From: a virus
IMG/VR virus record: IMGVR_UViG_3300043331_000441
Span: 66,557-130,556 of that record
Length of the DNA stretch: 64,000 nucleotides
Strand: one strand, 5' to 3'
In this document: positions 21,521-36,975 of the stretch, in pieces
Layout of the letters: the number at the start of each line of letters is the position of its first letter
Numbering within the stretch: the stretch's first letter is position 1
Program-made: the position numbers and the translations under genes
The notes under the pieces: generated by a model
Told to the model about the DNA's origin: nothing
Seen by the model: only the letters and a program-made list of their open reading frames with translations
The model's database searches: none

Positions 21521-22598
21521 CCCACAATCCTGCCAGCTGACGGAACCACGCCTCGTAGCGCGGCTTGACTGCCTCCAGCGACCACAACGCAGCAGCGCGG
21601 TCACGCAGACGCTTAGGACTGCTCTCAAGCGCCTGTGCGAGGCACTCCCGCACATCGACGAGGGTGTTGAAGCGGTACTGCGGCTCCACCGTTTCGGTGA
21701 ACGCTCCCCAGTTGGTCGTGATCGCTGGCGTGCCACACAGCTGTGCCTCGACCGCGACGCCACCGAATGGCTCGATGTAGAGCGTGGGCGCAAGCAACGC
21801 GCGTGCCTTGCCCATCAGTTCAGCGCGCTCCTTGGAGCCAACGGTGCCGAGATAGTGGACATCGCCCTCCATCCGCGTCCCGTCCTCCGCAATGATCAAC
21901 CCTTCGCTTACCTGTCCCGCGCCTGGCCCGACCACCAGCAGCTTCATTCCCGCATTGCGTGCGATCTCGGACGCGACCTCGATACCCTTACGTCGGATCA
22001 ACCTGCCGACAAAAAGCAGGTAGTCATCCTTCTTCTTCGTGAGCGGAAACTCGTTAAGGTCGAAGTAGTTGGGGATCACCGTGTCGTAGAAGCGACCATC
22101 GTGGATGCCCTTGCCGCCGTAGCAGTGGTGCCGCCAGGTGTGCGACTCGAAACAGACATAGTTCGTGAACCAGCCGGAGTAGCCGACTCCGTACTCACAC
22201 ACGATCCGGTCGGAGAACGCACTGGCGATCGGATGCGATGCCCAGCCACCAGCGAGCAGAATCAGGTCTTCTTTTTCGACCCGTGAGGAAAGCTCCGCAA
22301 CGGCACGGCCATTCATCGTGCGCCACGGTTCTTGCTCGTAATCCCAGCTCCCACCGAGCGTCGCCACATTGCTGGGGTTGAGGCCGGGGTACCAGCGCTG
22401 CCGCTCTTCCTCTGTATGGAGGGAGACGTGTTCTGTGACGGGCGCGTCGTTACGGTCGCCCCAGTAGAGCGTGACGTCCCAGTCGTCCATCATTCGACAG
22501 AACTTGAGCCCCTTCGCGGTATAGGCGCAAACTGTGATGTCGTCGGTAGTTGTGGTATGCGGCAGCCCGACCAGGTGTAGCCGTGGGTTCTTGCTCAC
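21495..22598 (-). CDS. GT-B (GT4-like) glycosyltransferase
   Basis: LFVGRLIRRKG, EPFGGVAVEAQLCGTPAITT signature. Confidence 0.92.
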   Translation of the reverse strand: MSKNPRLHLVGLPHTTTTDDITVCAYTAKGLKFCRMMDDWDVTLYWGDRNDAPVTEHVSLHTEEERQRWYPGLNPSNVATLGGSWDYEQEPWRTMNGRAVAELSSRVEKEDLILLAGGWASHPIASAFSDRIVCEYGVGYSGWFTNYVCFESHTWRHHCYGGKGIHDGRFYDTVIPNYFDLNEFPLTKKKDDYLLFVGRLIRRKGIEVASEIARNAGMKLLVVGPGAGQVSEGLIIAEDGTRMEGDVHYLGTVGSKERAELMGKARALLAPTLYIEPFGGVAVEAQLCGTPAITTNWGAFTETVEPQYRFNTLVDVRECLAQALESSPKRLRDRAAALWSLEAVKPRYEAWFRQLAGLWDGGWYGHR

Positions 22599-23545
22599 AG
22601 AACGCGGCCGTCAACCGAGATATCGAGCACAGCGTCCGTGCCAGCGAACGCCTGTACGGTTTCTCCATTCTCCAGCACAAAGAGTTGCCGCAGTTTACGT
22701 TCTGTGTCTGCTGGAATCGAATAGCCGTCGTATATACGCGTACCGGCCGCATCATCACCAATCGAGAGAGTGAAGTCCACCGGTGAGCCAGACGGATTAG
22801 AGAGATGAATCATCTCGATTAGACTACGTCCTGTCGAGGTAAGAAGTGTTGTTGGTGAGGTACCCAACCGCAAGGGCCCAGCAAATCGCCTCGGGCCCGC
22901 TAATGCCAGTGGTGGCCCTGGCCAATCTGTCGCTTTCGTGACAACCGCATCCATCCAGGTGCTTTCCGTTAGTGCCTGGATGCCAATGTCGAAAGACTCT
23001 GCGTCCGCAGCGATGGATTTGCTGCCACCAGAGCAGACTGTCTCGGTCAGCGTCTCGGACATTGCGTCGGTGTAGTAGCGAACCTCAAGCGTGTCAGTTG
23101 AGTGGTTCGCGTAATATTCCACTCGCCACCATGCATCCAAGGGGATTGTTGCGGTGCTCGTAGCAATCAGTCCCGCTGCCTGGTTGTACACCTCAATCTT
23201 GCCGGTCGATGTGATTCCCCATTGCCATGAGGTGCCGGTGCCTCCGGTTCGTTGATAGACGTTGGCCGCTAGATATGCGATGGCAGGGAAGGCCTCGCGA
23301 TATACGCAAACTCGACCGTAGTACTCAGTCTGGGTCCCAAAGGAAGATTCCCATCTGAGATGTGCCGTCCCCCCACCACCGGTAGTCAGAAAGTGAGCTG
23401 AATTAACACCGATCGCCGGGGACTCGTCGTAGCTGATCGAATCATTCTTGTTGACTACGTCCCAAGGACTCGCGTCGCCAGGATCCGATGTTGTGATCTC
23501 CTGTCCATTGGTACCTAGGTCAAAGTTGGCAGTTAGCTCAGCCAT
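22595..23545 (-). CDS. virion protein: LamG-like domain plus C-terminal ~100-aa repeated module
   Basis: N-terminal domain homologous to the N-terminus of 23549..26299; C-terminus RFAGP...NPSGSPVDFTLSIG. Confidence 0.72.
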   Translation of the reverse strand: MAELTANFDLGTNGQEITTSDPGDASPWDVVNKNDSISYDESPAIGVNSAHFLTTGGGGTAHLRWESSFGTQTEYYGRVCVYREAFPAIAYLAANVYQRTGGTGTSWQWGITSTGKIEVYNQAAGLIATSTATIPLDAWWRVEYYANHSTDTLEVRYYTDAMSETLTETVCSGGSKSIAADAESFDIGIQALTESTWMDAVVTKATDWPGPPLALAGPRRFAGPLRLGTSPTTLLTSTGRSLIEMIHLSNPSGSPVDFTLSIGDDAAGTRIYDGYSIPADTERKLRQLFVLENGETVQAFAGTDAVLDISVDGRVL

Positions 23546-23548
23546 ATC

Positions 23549-26299
23549 TCATATCCCCGCTGCGTAGCGATTGCTATCAACTACCGCAACCTCTTGAATT
23601 TTCCAACCTTGGTCGGGGTGCCCTCCGCCCCAATGCCATGGATCAGTCGGGCACGGGACAGGCTCGCCTCCATACGAGGCCTCGGTCACATTGATACGTA
23701 CTCCCTGACATGAGATGGGTGAATCAAGCTCAACGTCATGAATCCATTGTTCATCCCAGTATGTTTCAACGACACACCATGAGTTGAAACCATCGCTTCC
23801 AAAATAGAACCATGGAGGTGTCGGCTTATTGATTTGTTTTCGAGTTATCCATTGTGAACCGTCGAACGTTTGAACATCAGCTTTAATAATAGTGCCAGCT
23901 GATTGCCAACTTGGTCCGCACCAAATAATCACACGCTCAATCGTTCTATTCCCACTCCAGACTAGTGTGAGATCAGATGGCACGTCCTCAGCGACATTCA
24001 ACCCATCGGGGGCAATCCCCCAATTTGGGCCGTAGCCTGTCATATACGCATCGTCTGCAAGCAATGCGTATGTGACTCCACCCAACTGTTTGGTTGTTGA
24101 CGCAGGAGATATAGAAGCTCCGTTACCGAGTGGGCTATGCCCGTTGACGCGATAGACACTCGCACTAGCACCACTTGGTAGACGAACATACGTAGGAATG
24201 TCAGTCATTGACAACGTGATGCGACCCTTGCTTTGTGGCAACGTTCTCTCGTTGCCAAAGCCATCGACCACAACAATTCCATCAGACGTTCCATTGATGG
24301 TCAGTGTTATCGAGCCACCAGTCATGAATGAGGTCGCCATCAACGCAAGCGTGCTGGCACCGTCAGCGTTCGTATAGACGTTCCCCATATACATGGCATT
24401 GCCAAACGTTCCAAAGTCAACTGCAGATGCAAATGGTTTGCCCCAGGTTTCCTCAGCGAGTACTCGTCCGAGTACGGCATGCGGATCAAGCGAGCCATCT
24501 GACCATTCAATGATCGCTGGGACGTCCCAGAAACCGTGCTGGACGTCATACCACCAAGGGTTACGTTCGAATGGCAGTCCCATTTGCTCAAAAACAAGCG
24601 TTTCCAGGATTGCCTTCCTCGCACGCCGCGGGTGGTAGATGCCATATGTGTTGCAATTAGCTCCAACTGATTCCGTCTGCCAAAGAGGCTTGCTGCTTTG
24701 CCCGTGCGCCGCAAGATCGTCCTTGAGCGCCTGGATGGTGAAGCGCCCAAGATTGAGGTCGCCAGTGACGAATGCGTTGTAAGCATGAAAGCTGATCGCA
24801 TCGCAGTAGTCACCACCATCTGCGTCAAGAAATGGTGTCATTGGAAAGGTCGGCCCGATGGCAACCGGACAAGGGCCGATGGCTTTTGCATTTGCATTTC
24901 CCGCATGTACAGCATCAGCAAACTCTTGCATCTTGGTCGCTGTGAATGAGTCAGGAGCTGGCTCATTGAGAGGGCCCTCGTAATATTTGCAATCAGGATA
25001 AAGCGCCTGTACGACTGTCGTAACGCCAGCAATTTGTTCTGGTGTATATGCGCCACCATTAGGGAACGCAACCCATGGTTCGCGGGCGGGACGTTCTGGG
25101 TCTGGGATCCCATTATCAGCCCAGTAGGCTATCGTCAGGGCCAACGATTGCTGGGCGTTGGCAATATCAGCCGTAGGATCTTCGGCATCTTCAATGCTAA
25201 TTCGCGATGTGCCTAACCCCATGACTCCTTTCATCACAAAGTCATTCCCGGCTATTGGGCCCCCGGAGACATCGCCACCAGGCATCGCTACGAAGTGAGG
25301 GTCGTCGCGGATCACGCAGAAGTTTGTGACACCGTAGCTGTAGTCATAATCCGCGTGGTATTCAGGGCCGGTGAGGTAGACCCGATACCAACCTGGCTTC
25401 CAGCCCCCCGTCGGAGCCGCTGGCACAAGGGTCGCCTCAGTGTCAAGCGTCGTCCCCTGCGAGACGATCTTGCCGAAGTAGTTACGCACGGTGTACACCA
25501 GCTCGGTAGCCAGATTTGGATCATGGTCATTTGCGCTGTACGGCCCCGGATAGCTGGTTGCGAACGCAACAACATCGTCCATGTAGATGTGCTCGCCAAG
25601 AAAGGTGCCACCAAAGCCAATGTCGTCAACCTCGTCGCGCATAGGAGCACCAGAACCGGAAACGACCTCAGTAGGAGTCGTGCTCTCGGCGTTGTTGAAG
25701 AGCTTCATTTCGAGCGTCTGCGGACCGTGGTTTGCGTGATATTCGATCCTGATCCACTGATTCGTTGCGATGGGTGTAGTGAACGTCAGCACCAGGGAGA
25801 AGGCCGCGCTGTACAGCTCGATGATTCCAGTCGGTAGTACTCTTGCCGACCAAGCGGCCTGACCCGCGGAGTCTGTCTGCAAGAATCCCCACGCCGAAGC
25901 TGGCCACGCAGGGTAGTACAAGTACAAGCGCCCGTAGTATTCGTTCGCGGTGCCGAAGTTGTTCTTCCACCAGATCGATGGTCCACCACCCGCGCCTGCG
26001 TTTTGGATCTTTGCCGCCAGCGATCCATGCGCCACTTGTTCGCTGCTGTAGGTAACACTGTTGCCTGCTAATGCTTCGATCAGCGTCCATGGTGTTAGTG
26101 ATCCTTCGTCTGGGTCAGACGTAATCGGTTGTCCGTTGACCCCTTGCTCAAAATCAGCAGTGCACTTTGAGAAAGCCCCGAAGGGGATCGCGACTTCGTC
26201 GCCAACGTAATGAACTCCGTTGCGCTTTCGACCAGCCTTATTCCAGAGACAACGCCGGTAGTAACCTGGACGAGGCTGGCTAAGGCTCGGGAGTGTCAA
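23549..26299 (-). CDS. multidomain glycoside-hydrolase-like virion protein (LamG-like, GH-A TIM barrel, discoidin-like C-terminus)
   Basis: YYEGPLNEP acid/base motif, DAISFHAY, LWQTES nucleophile motif; TTGA overlap at 26299 suggests the true start. Confidence 0.72.
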   Translation of the reverse strand: MTLPSLSQPRPGYYRRCLWNKAGRKRNGVHYVGDEVAIPFGAFSKCTADFEQGVNGQPITSDPDEGSLTPWTLIEALAGNSVTYSSEQVAHGSLAAKIQNAGAGGGPSIWWKNNFGTANEYYGRLYLYYPAWPASAWGFLQTDSAGQAAWSARVLPTGIIELYSAAFSLVLTFTTPIATNQWIRIEYHANHGPQTLEMKLFNNAESTTPTEVVSGSGAPMRDEVDDIGFGGTFLGEHIYMDDVVAFATSYPGPYSANDHDPNLATELVYTVRNYFGKIVSQGTTLDTEATLVPAAPTGGWKPGWYRVYLTGPEYHADYDYSYGVTNFCVIRDDPHFVAMPGGDVSGGPIAGNDFVMKGVMGLGTSRISIEDAEDPTADIANAQQSLALTIAYWADNGIPDPERPAREPWVAFPNGGAYTPEQIAGVTTVVQALYPDCKYYEGPLNEPAPDSFTATKMQEFADAVHAGNANAKAIGPCPVAIGPTFPMTPFLDADGGDYCDAISFHAYNAFVTGDLNLGRFTIQALKDDLAAHGQSSKPLWQTESVGANCNTYGIYHPRRARKAILETLVFEQMGLPFERNPWWYDVQHGFWDVPAIIEWSDGSLDPHAVLGRVLAEETWGKPFASAVDFGTFGNAMYMGNVYTNADGASTLALMATSFMTGGSITLTINGTSDGIVVVDGFGNERTLPQSKGRITLSMTDIPTYVRLPSGASASVYRVNGHSPLGNGASISPASTTKQLGGVTYALLADDAYMTGYGPNWGIAPDGLNVAEDVPSDLTLVWSGNRTIERVIIWCGPSWQSAGTIIKADVQTFDGSQWITRKQINKPTPPWFYFGSDGFNSWCVVETYWDEQWIHDVELDSPISCQGVRINVTEASYGGEPVPCPTDPWHWGGGHPDQGWKIQEVAVVDSNRYAAGI

Positions 26300-26709
26300 G
26301 GTTGTGCCTTGATCATTTGTATTGAGCCATCCGAAAACATCACGCAAAGCTCGGTCTTGCCGCCGTTATCACGGCAGAACAACCGTGCGGTATTGGCGGC
26401 AGGTGTGGATGGTGCCGTCATCTCAGTGATCTCGATATAGGTCGTGATCGGCTGGCGTAGTCGTAGGGCGCCCCCGGATTGCTCTAGTGTTGCGTCATCA
26501 GGCGTTAACATATCGCCGGAATCTACTTTGTTTGTGTCAAGCTGGTTAATTGCATCCTGCACGGTGACTGCGGTGACATCGCCTGCTGGAGTATTGACGA
26601 TGTTGTTGGCATCGATTGTCCCGTCAGCATCAATCGAGACTCCGAGGAAGTCGTTGAGGATCGTTCCCCACGCATCTGCGTCGTCGCCGACGATCGGCAG
26701 CCGAGACAT
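26296..26709 (-). CDS. fibre-associated small protein
   Basis: MSRLP..G.D...WG.ILNDFL N-terminal motif seen in phage fibre proteins. Confidence 0.7.
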   Translation of the reverse strand: MSRLPIVGDDADAWGTILNDFLGVSIDADGTIDANNIVNTPAGDVTAVTVQDAINQLDTNKVDSGDMLTPDDATLEQSGGALRLRQPITTYIEITEMTAPSTPAANTARLFCRDNGGKTELCVMFSDGSIQMIKAQP

Positions 26710-26719
26710 CAGTTCCTCC

Positions 26720-27595
26720 TCATGTCAATCGTTGTCCATCGACAGTGATGTCGAGCACGTTGTTTGTGCCAGCAAACGCCTGCATGATCTCACCATTCTC
26801 CAGCGGCAGTACGAAGCGGAACTTCTTCTCGGAATCGGCTGCAATCGATAGTCCATCGAAGATACGCGTTCCGGCGGCATCTGCGCCAATCGAAACAGTG
26901 AGATCAACGGGGCTGCCTGAGGGATTCTGTACATGGACCTCTTCGATCAGACTACGGCCGGATGACGTAAACAACGTGGCCGCTGATGTTCCGAGCTTGA
27001 CTGGTCCCGCGAATCGTGTCGGCCCGGTAAGAGAAGAAGTTGTATACGTGACCTCAAGACGAGGTTCTTGCGGTGCATCTTCCAGAGATGCGATATTGAT
27101 GGCATTAATCGTTGTCGGTTGAGTAGTATTTGCAGGAGCAATTCTGATTCCCGTGTAACCAGTTTTGTTGATTCCAGTCAAGCCAGTTAGCGCAACAGTG
27201 TTGACGATGCCTTCCGTGAGATTATTGGGCTCGATCAGTGATATTGCGTCACCAGATGATGTCTGCTCCCAATCGCCTGCTACTGATGGCTCTCCCCCAA
27301 AATCATAGAAATCAGCTGCATACGTAACACTGTTACCATTATCAATGTTGACCGCATAGATAAGAAGATTTGCTGACGTGATAGTCGCGATATCTGGTAG
27401 CGATGAGGTGTCGAAGCGCATAAACGCGTTATCTACGAAGAAGTCGCCACCAAACTGCGTCTTGGATGCGACGAGAGTCGTTGTTTCTTCCGCAACAAAT
27501 AGTCCCGTTCCAATATCGGCCCAGTTAGCAACGCCACCGCGGTAGCCCGTGCCGTCGTCGGTGTCGACCGCTATCGGAAAGGTGTCAGTCGGCAT
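26720..27595 (-). CDS. virion protein: beta-sandwich (F.FDTS.LP...TI.SA.L) plus C-terminal ~100-aa repeated module
   Basis: TGATG-coupled start 27595; C-terminus RFAGP...NPSGSPVDLTVSIG. Confidence 0.72.
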   Translation of the reverse strand: MPTDTFPIAVDTDDGTGYRGGVANWADIGTGLFVAEETTTLVASKTQFGGDFFVDNAFMRFDTSSLPDIATITSANLLIYAVNIDNGNSVTYAADFYDFGGEPSVAGDWEQTSSGDAISLIEPNNLTEGIVNTVALTGLTGINKTGYTGIRIAPANTTQPTTINAINIASLEDAPQEPRLEVTYTTSSLTGPTRFAGPVKLGTSAATLFTSSGRSLIEEVHVQNPSGSPVDLTVSIGADAAGTRIFDGLSIAADSEKKFRFVLPLENGEIMQAFAGTNNVLDITVDGQRLT

Positions 27596-28368
27596 CAGAG
27601 GACCCCGGGATCTTGGTATGAGACGAACCCGTGGCGTGGCTGATAGGCGGCAGCGGCGGTGGTTCCGATCAGCGCGAACCCGACGACGCCCCACGCGTCG
27701 CTGTCGGTGATCGAGCCGGTGCCACCGTTGATCGTTCCCGCTGACGCCATTGGCGCATCGATCAGATAGATGGCAGCGTCGTTGCCTGTTGCGGACGCAA
27801 ACGACGCTTCCGTGGTCCAAGTGCCACCCGTCTCTCCGCTGAACCCGGCGAACGGGTTGTCGTCGTTGATACCGAGCAGGTTGATCGCAAGTCGGTCGGT
27901 GTCGAGTGTTGTCACGCCGGTGTCGGCCGCCGTGTTTGACGTGCCAACCCCGTTCGCAGTGCTGCCCGCGCTGCCGTTCTCGATCACGGTCGCCAACGTC
28001 GTTCCGGTCGAAACGTTCTGGAACTCGTAGAACCGGAAATACACGTCGTTGCCGCCGACGTTTGCGCCCGTCACCTCAGGAGCGCTCGTCGAGGTGGAGC
28101 GGCCGAAAAACACGTACTGGTTGGCGGCGGTTGGGCTGCCGATTGCGTACGGGTTGTTCGGAGCGGCCGTCCACGATCCCGAAACACCGGCCAAACTGAG
28201 GATGTTGGTGGTTGACGAGATCGTCGGCGGGCTTGAGCTTGTTCCGTCTTGCAGGTACTGGAAGATGATGACCCGGTTGGCGGCACCGGGCGAATGGCAG
28301 GTGGCGATCCATTCGCCCGATATGTCTTGGCCTCCGGTTGACGCTGCGACAAACGACGGGGCGGCCAA
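27595..28368 (-). CDS. Thr/Ser/Gly-rich beta protein ending RHGFVSYQDPGVL
   Basis: 257 aa; C-terminal motif shared with 30378..31130. Confidence 0.7.
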   Translation of the reverse strand: MAAPSFVAASTGGQDISGEWIATCHSPGAANRVIIFQYLQDGTSSSPPTISSTTNILSLAGVSGSWTAAPNNPYAIGSPTAANQYVFFGRSTSTSAPEVTGANVGGNDVYFRFYEFQNVSTGTTLATVIENGSAGSTANGVGTSNTAADTGVTTLDTDRLAINLLGINDDNPFAGFSGETGGTWTTEASFASATGNDAAIYLIDAPMASAGTINGGTGSITDSDAWGVVGFALIGTTAAAAYQPRHGFVSYQDPGVL

Positions 28369-28369
28369 G

Positions 28370-28474
28370 CTAGCCGGTCTCCTTGCCCACCACCGCCTCC
28401 ATCCCAGTTGCTTCGTTCGCCTGAGTGCCGACGAACCGGCTGGCCGGGAACGTGATCCCAGATGGAGGCGGCAT
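28370..28474 (-). CDS. 34-aa micro-ORF overlapping an 11-bp inverted repeat
   Basis: TGATG-coupled; MPPPSGITFPASRFVGTQANEATGMEAVVGKETG; inverted repeat at 28393-28403 and 28461-28471. Confidence 0.3.
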   Translation of the reverse strand: MPPPSGITFPASRFVGTQANEATGMEAVVGKETG

Positions 28475-29988
28475 CACTGGTACCCGGGCGACACGTATCC
28501 GACACCAGCCGCACCGACTGGAACAAAATCACCGTCTGGCCTAAGTCCTATCTGGAACCACTCTCCAGTGATCGGCCATGAGCCGCCGGGGTTCCAGCAG
28601 GCCCAACACGTCGCATTGCCTGCCCATGCGGAGTGCTGCGACGCCCACGGGTGCCGGGGGTCAGTCTGTAGCCAGAGGTTCTCGTGGTACTCGGCCCAGA
28701 CGGCGGTCTGCTTCCACAGCGCGTACCCGTCGGGGGTGGTGTTGATGAAGTTCGTGTTGCGGTAGTCCCACGTGCCGAGCGGGTGCTGTGAGTACTGGCG
28801 CGGCTGCATCTGCAAGACGTTGCTGGTCGAGATGAAGGTGTCCTGGTAGAGCTTGAGCACGGTCGGCCCGTTCCACGACTGGATCGTGTCGGTGTGGATC
28901 TCGTTCGGATCACCGTCGGCCGTGTGCCAGACGGGGTGCAACGTCTCCAGCCTGCTGTTCTGCACCTGGACGGTGCCGCTGTTGCCACGGCTGTTCTCGA
29001 TCGTGATCGCCTGGCCCATGCCCGAGCCGTGGATCCACATGCCCTCGATATGGATCGTCCCTGATTGCCCACCGATCATGAGTCCGCGCTGGTGGTAGTT
29101 GGAGTCGCCTGCAGCAGCGACCGTGTTGATGACGATCTCGCCGCCGATGATCACCACGTTGCGACCGCCGCGAACCCAGAGAGCAGGCATGTCCCTATTC
29201 GGGTTCTGACCCAACGGCGTGGACGGCATCTTGACGATGTAGTCCTGCCCGGCGGCCAGATCGAGGAAGCGGTTGCTGCTTGACACAGTAATCGTCGTTG
29301 GGTTCGACAATGCCGGGGGCGCCCATTTCAAGGTTCCCGACGGCGGCGGTGGAGGAGGCGGTGGTGGCGGCGGAGGAGGCGTGGTCCCATTGGAGATGGT
29401 CACAACCACCTGTTGTGCTCCACCCACGTTCCCAGCAGCGTCATATGCCCGTGCGCCGAACGTATAGCCAGAGCCGTTGGCGACTGACGTGGTATTGAAC
29501 GACACGGAATATGGCGAACTAGTATCCGAGCCGATCAGATTGCCATCGCGGAAGAAATCGACCTTCGTGACCCCGACGTTGTCGCTCGCTGTTGCAGACA
29601 CATTGATCGTGCCGCTAACTGTCGATCCATTCACCGGGGCGGTCATGGACGAGGTCGGAGCCGTTGTGTCCGTTGGCGGTGGCGGAGCTGCGGGAGAGTA
29701 CGTTCCGCGATTGCCTTCCGTGATCACCGAGACTTTGAAGGACGCGGGCCCCTTTGAGAAGCGAACCGTTGAGCGATTGGGGTCATTGGTACGCGACACC
29801 AACGTGAAATCAGTTCCGTTCTGCGATGTGAAGAACAGATATCCGAATCCAGACTGCGGCGTCCAGCCGAGCGTGATTGACGAATTCGTCTGTGAGACGA
29901 GTCGGACGTCGAGCGTATCTGCGGCGGCAGCCGACACCGAAAGAACGATTCCGACTGCGAGCGCCGCGATAAGGGCTATGCGCTTCAT
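28474..29988 (-). CDS. secreted protein: signal peptide, FN3-like, bacterial Ig domain, poly-Pro linker, beta-helix-like domain
   Basis: MKRIALIAALAVGIVLSVSAAAA; DTTAPT..TAP.NGSTVSGTI.V.ATASDNVGV.KV.F; two poly-Pro runs. Confidence 0.8.
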   Translation of the reverse strand: MKRIALIAALAVGIVLSVSAAAADTLDVRLVSQTNSSITLGWTPQSGFGYLFFTSQNGTDFTLVSRTNDPNRSTVRFSKGPASFKVSVITEGNRGTYSPAAPPPPTDTTAPTSSMTAPVNGSTVSGTINVSATASDNVGVTKVDFFRDGNLIGSDTSSPYSVSFNTTSVANGSGYTFGARAYDAAGNVGGAQQVVVTISNGTTPPPPPPPPPPPPPSGTLKWAPPALSNPTTITVSSSNRFLDLAAGQDYIVKMPSTPLGQNPNRDMPALWVRGGRNVVIIGGEIVINTVAAAGDSNYHQRGLMIGGQSGTIHIEGMWIHGSGMGQAITIENSRGNSGTVQVQNSRLETLHPVWHTADGDPNEIHTDTIQSWNGPTVLKLYQDTFISTSNVLQMQPRQYSQHPLGTWDYRNTNFINTTPDGYALWKQTAVWAEYHENLWLQTDPRHPWASQHSAWAGNATCWACWNPGGSWPITGEWFQIGLRPDGDFVPVGAAGVGYVSPGYQ

Positions 29989-29997
29989 ACGATCACC

Positions 29998-30378
29998 TCA
30001 CTCTGCAGTGAATTCTTCGCCGGAAACGGTGAGCGTCAGTACGCCGTCTGTTCCGGCGAAATATTGGATGATCTCGTTTTCTGACATCACGTCACGTCCT
30101 GCCAATTCCCAGTTTGAGTTGGCCGGGATTGGCACATCGTCCAAAATCCGAGTTTGCGCACTATCAGCACCAATTGACAACGTCATCGTGACAGTCGATT
30201 CGGATGGGTTGTAGACATGAATGTGCATTGGCACGGCAACTGTTGCCGCTGGCACGGTATAACCGGTGATTGCGCTATTACCGACCAGTGTGGGGCCAAC
30301 GAACCTTTTCGGCCTGCTTACTGTGAGCGCTGGCAAGTTGTACGAGCCCGCGCCGTAGATGCCATCGCCGTAGGCCAT
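29998..30378 (-). CDS. ~100-aa repeated module protein with a short N-terminal extension
   Basis: TGATG-coupled start 30378; RPKRFVGP...NPS...TLSIG. Confidence 0.72.
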   Translation of the reverse strand: MAYGDGIYGAGSYNLPALTVSRPKRFVGPTLVGNSAITGYTVPAATVAVPMHIHVYNPSESTVTMTLSIGADSAQTRILDDVPIPANSNWELAGRDVMSENEIIQYFAGTDGVLTLTVSGEEFTAE

Positions 30379-31130
30379 CAGAGGATCCCTGGATCCTGAT
30401 AGTTGACGAAGCCGTGGCGCGGGGGTGGGGGCACGAACACGGGTCGCACGGCGATTACAACGGCAGCGTTGCGCGCATTCGATGTGTCTAGCGACCAGGT
30501 CCCTACGTCCTGGGTAGCAGCGTTTAGCTGTCGGAATCCAACACCACCTTCGACGCCTCCGACAGCATCCGCGCTGATACCGGTGAGGACATCGCCCGAG
30601 AAGTTCGTCGGCGACGACGTCAGACCACTGTATGTGCCGCCGGTACCCGTCTCGCCGGACGCGCCCACTGAGATCCACAACGTGTCATCAGCACCCCACG
30701 ACGGGCCAAACGAGGCGGGATCTGCGGCCGAGGCGGTGCCAGTCGCATAGCTTCCTCCTTCTGGCGGTGCGGAGACATGGGCTCCGGCAATCGACATGAG
30801 AATCATTCCGGCATGCCCGGTAACCGTCGCTCCCTGCGTGACCGTGAACGTGCCCGTCTCTGAGCCAGTCGAAAACTTGTATGCAGCGCCAATCGCCATT
30901 GTCGACGTCGTCGAGGCATCAAGAAATTCGGTGAAGCTTGCTCCCCACGTTCCCCACACAGCATTTGCTGTGGCTGTCGATTGATAGGCGACTACGATTG
31001 CAATCAATAGATCGCCCGCGCTTTTTGTGAGCGAGGTGAGGCTCGGGAACGTACGGGCCGCTGTTGTGTTTGCCTGCAAACTGGTGAGCACCCGTCCCGC
31101 GCCTGTGGTTGGAATAGTCGGGAACGCCAC
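30378..31130 (-). CDS. Thr/Ala/Gly-rich beta protein ending RHGFVNYQDPGIL
   Basis: 250 aa; AGDLLIAIV motif; C-terminal motif shared with 27595..28368. Confidence 0.72.
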   Translation of the reverse strand: MAFPTIPTTGAGRVLTSLQANTTAARTFPSLTSLTKSAGDLLIAIVVAYQSTATANAVWGTWGASFTEFLDASTTSTMAIGAAYKFSTGSETGTFTVTQGATVTGHAGMILMSIAGAHVSAPPEGGSYATGTASAADPASFGPSWGADDTLWISVGASGETGTGGTYSGLTSSPTNFSGDVLTGISADAVGGVEGGVGFRQLNAATQDVGTWSLDTSNARNAAVVIAVRPVFVPPPPRHGFVNYQDPGIL

Positions 31131-31132
31131 CG

Positions 31133-36901
<5,769 letters not shown>

Positions 36902-36975
36902 CTATTGGCCTCCTCAGCTTCTCAGCTGATAGCTACGCCCCTGTAGCTGGGACTCCTTGACGTAGACCGCTCTCA

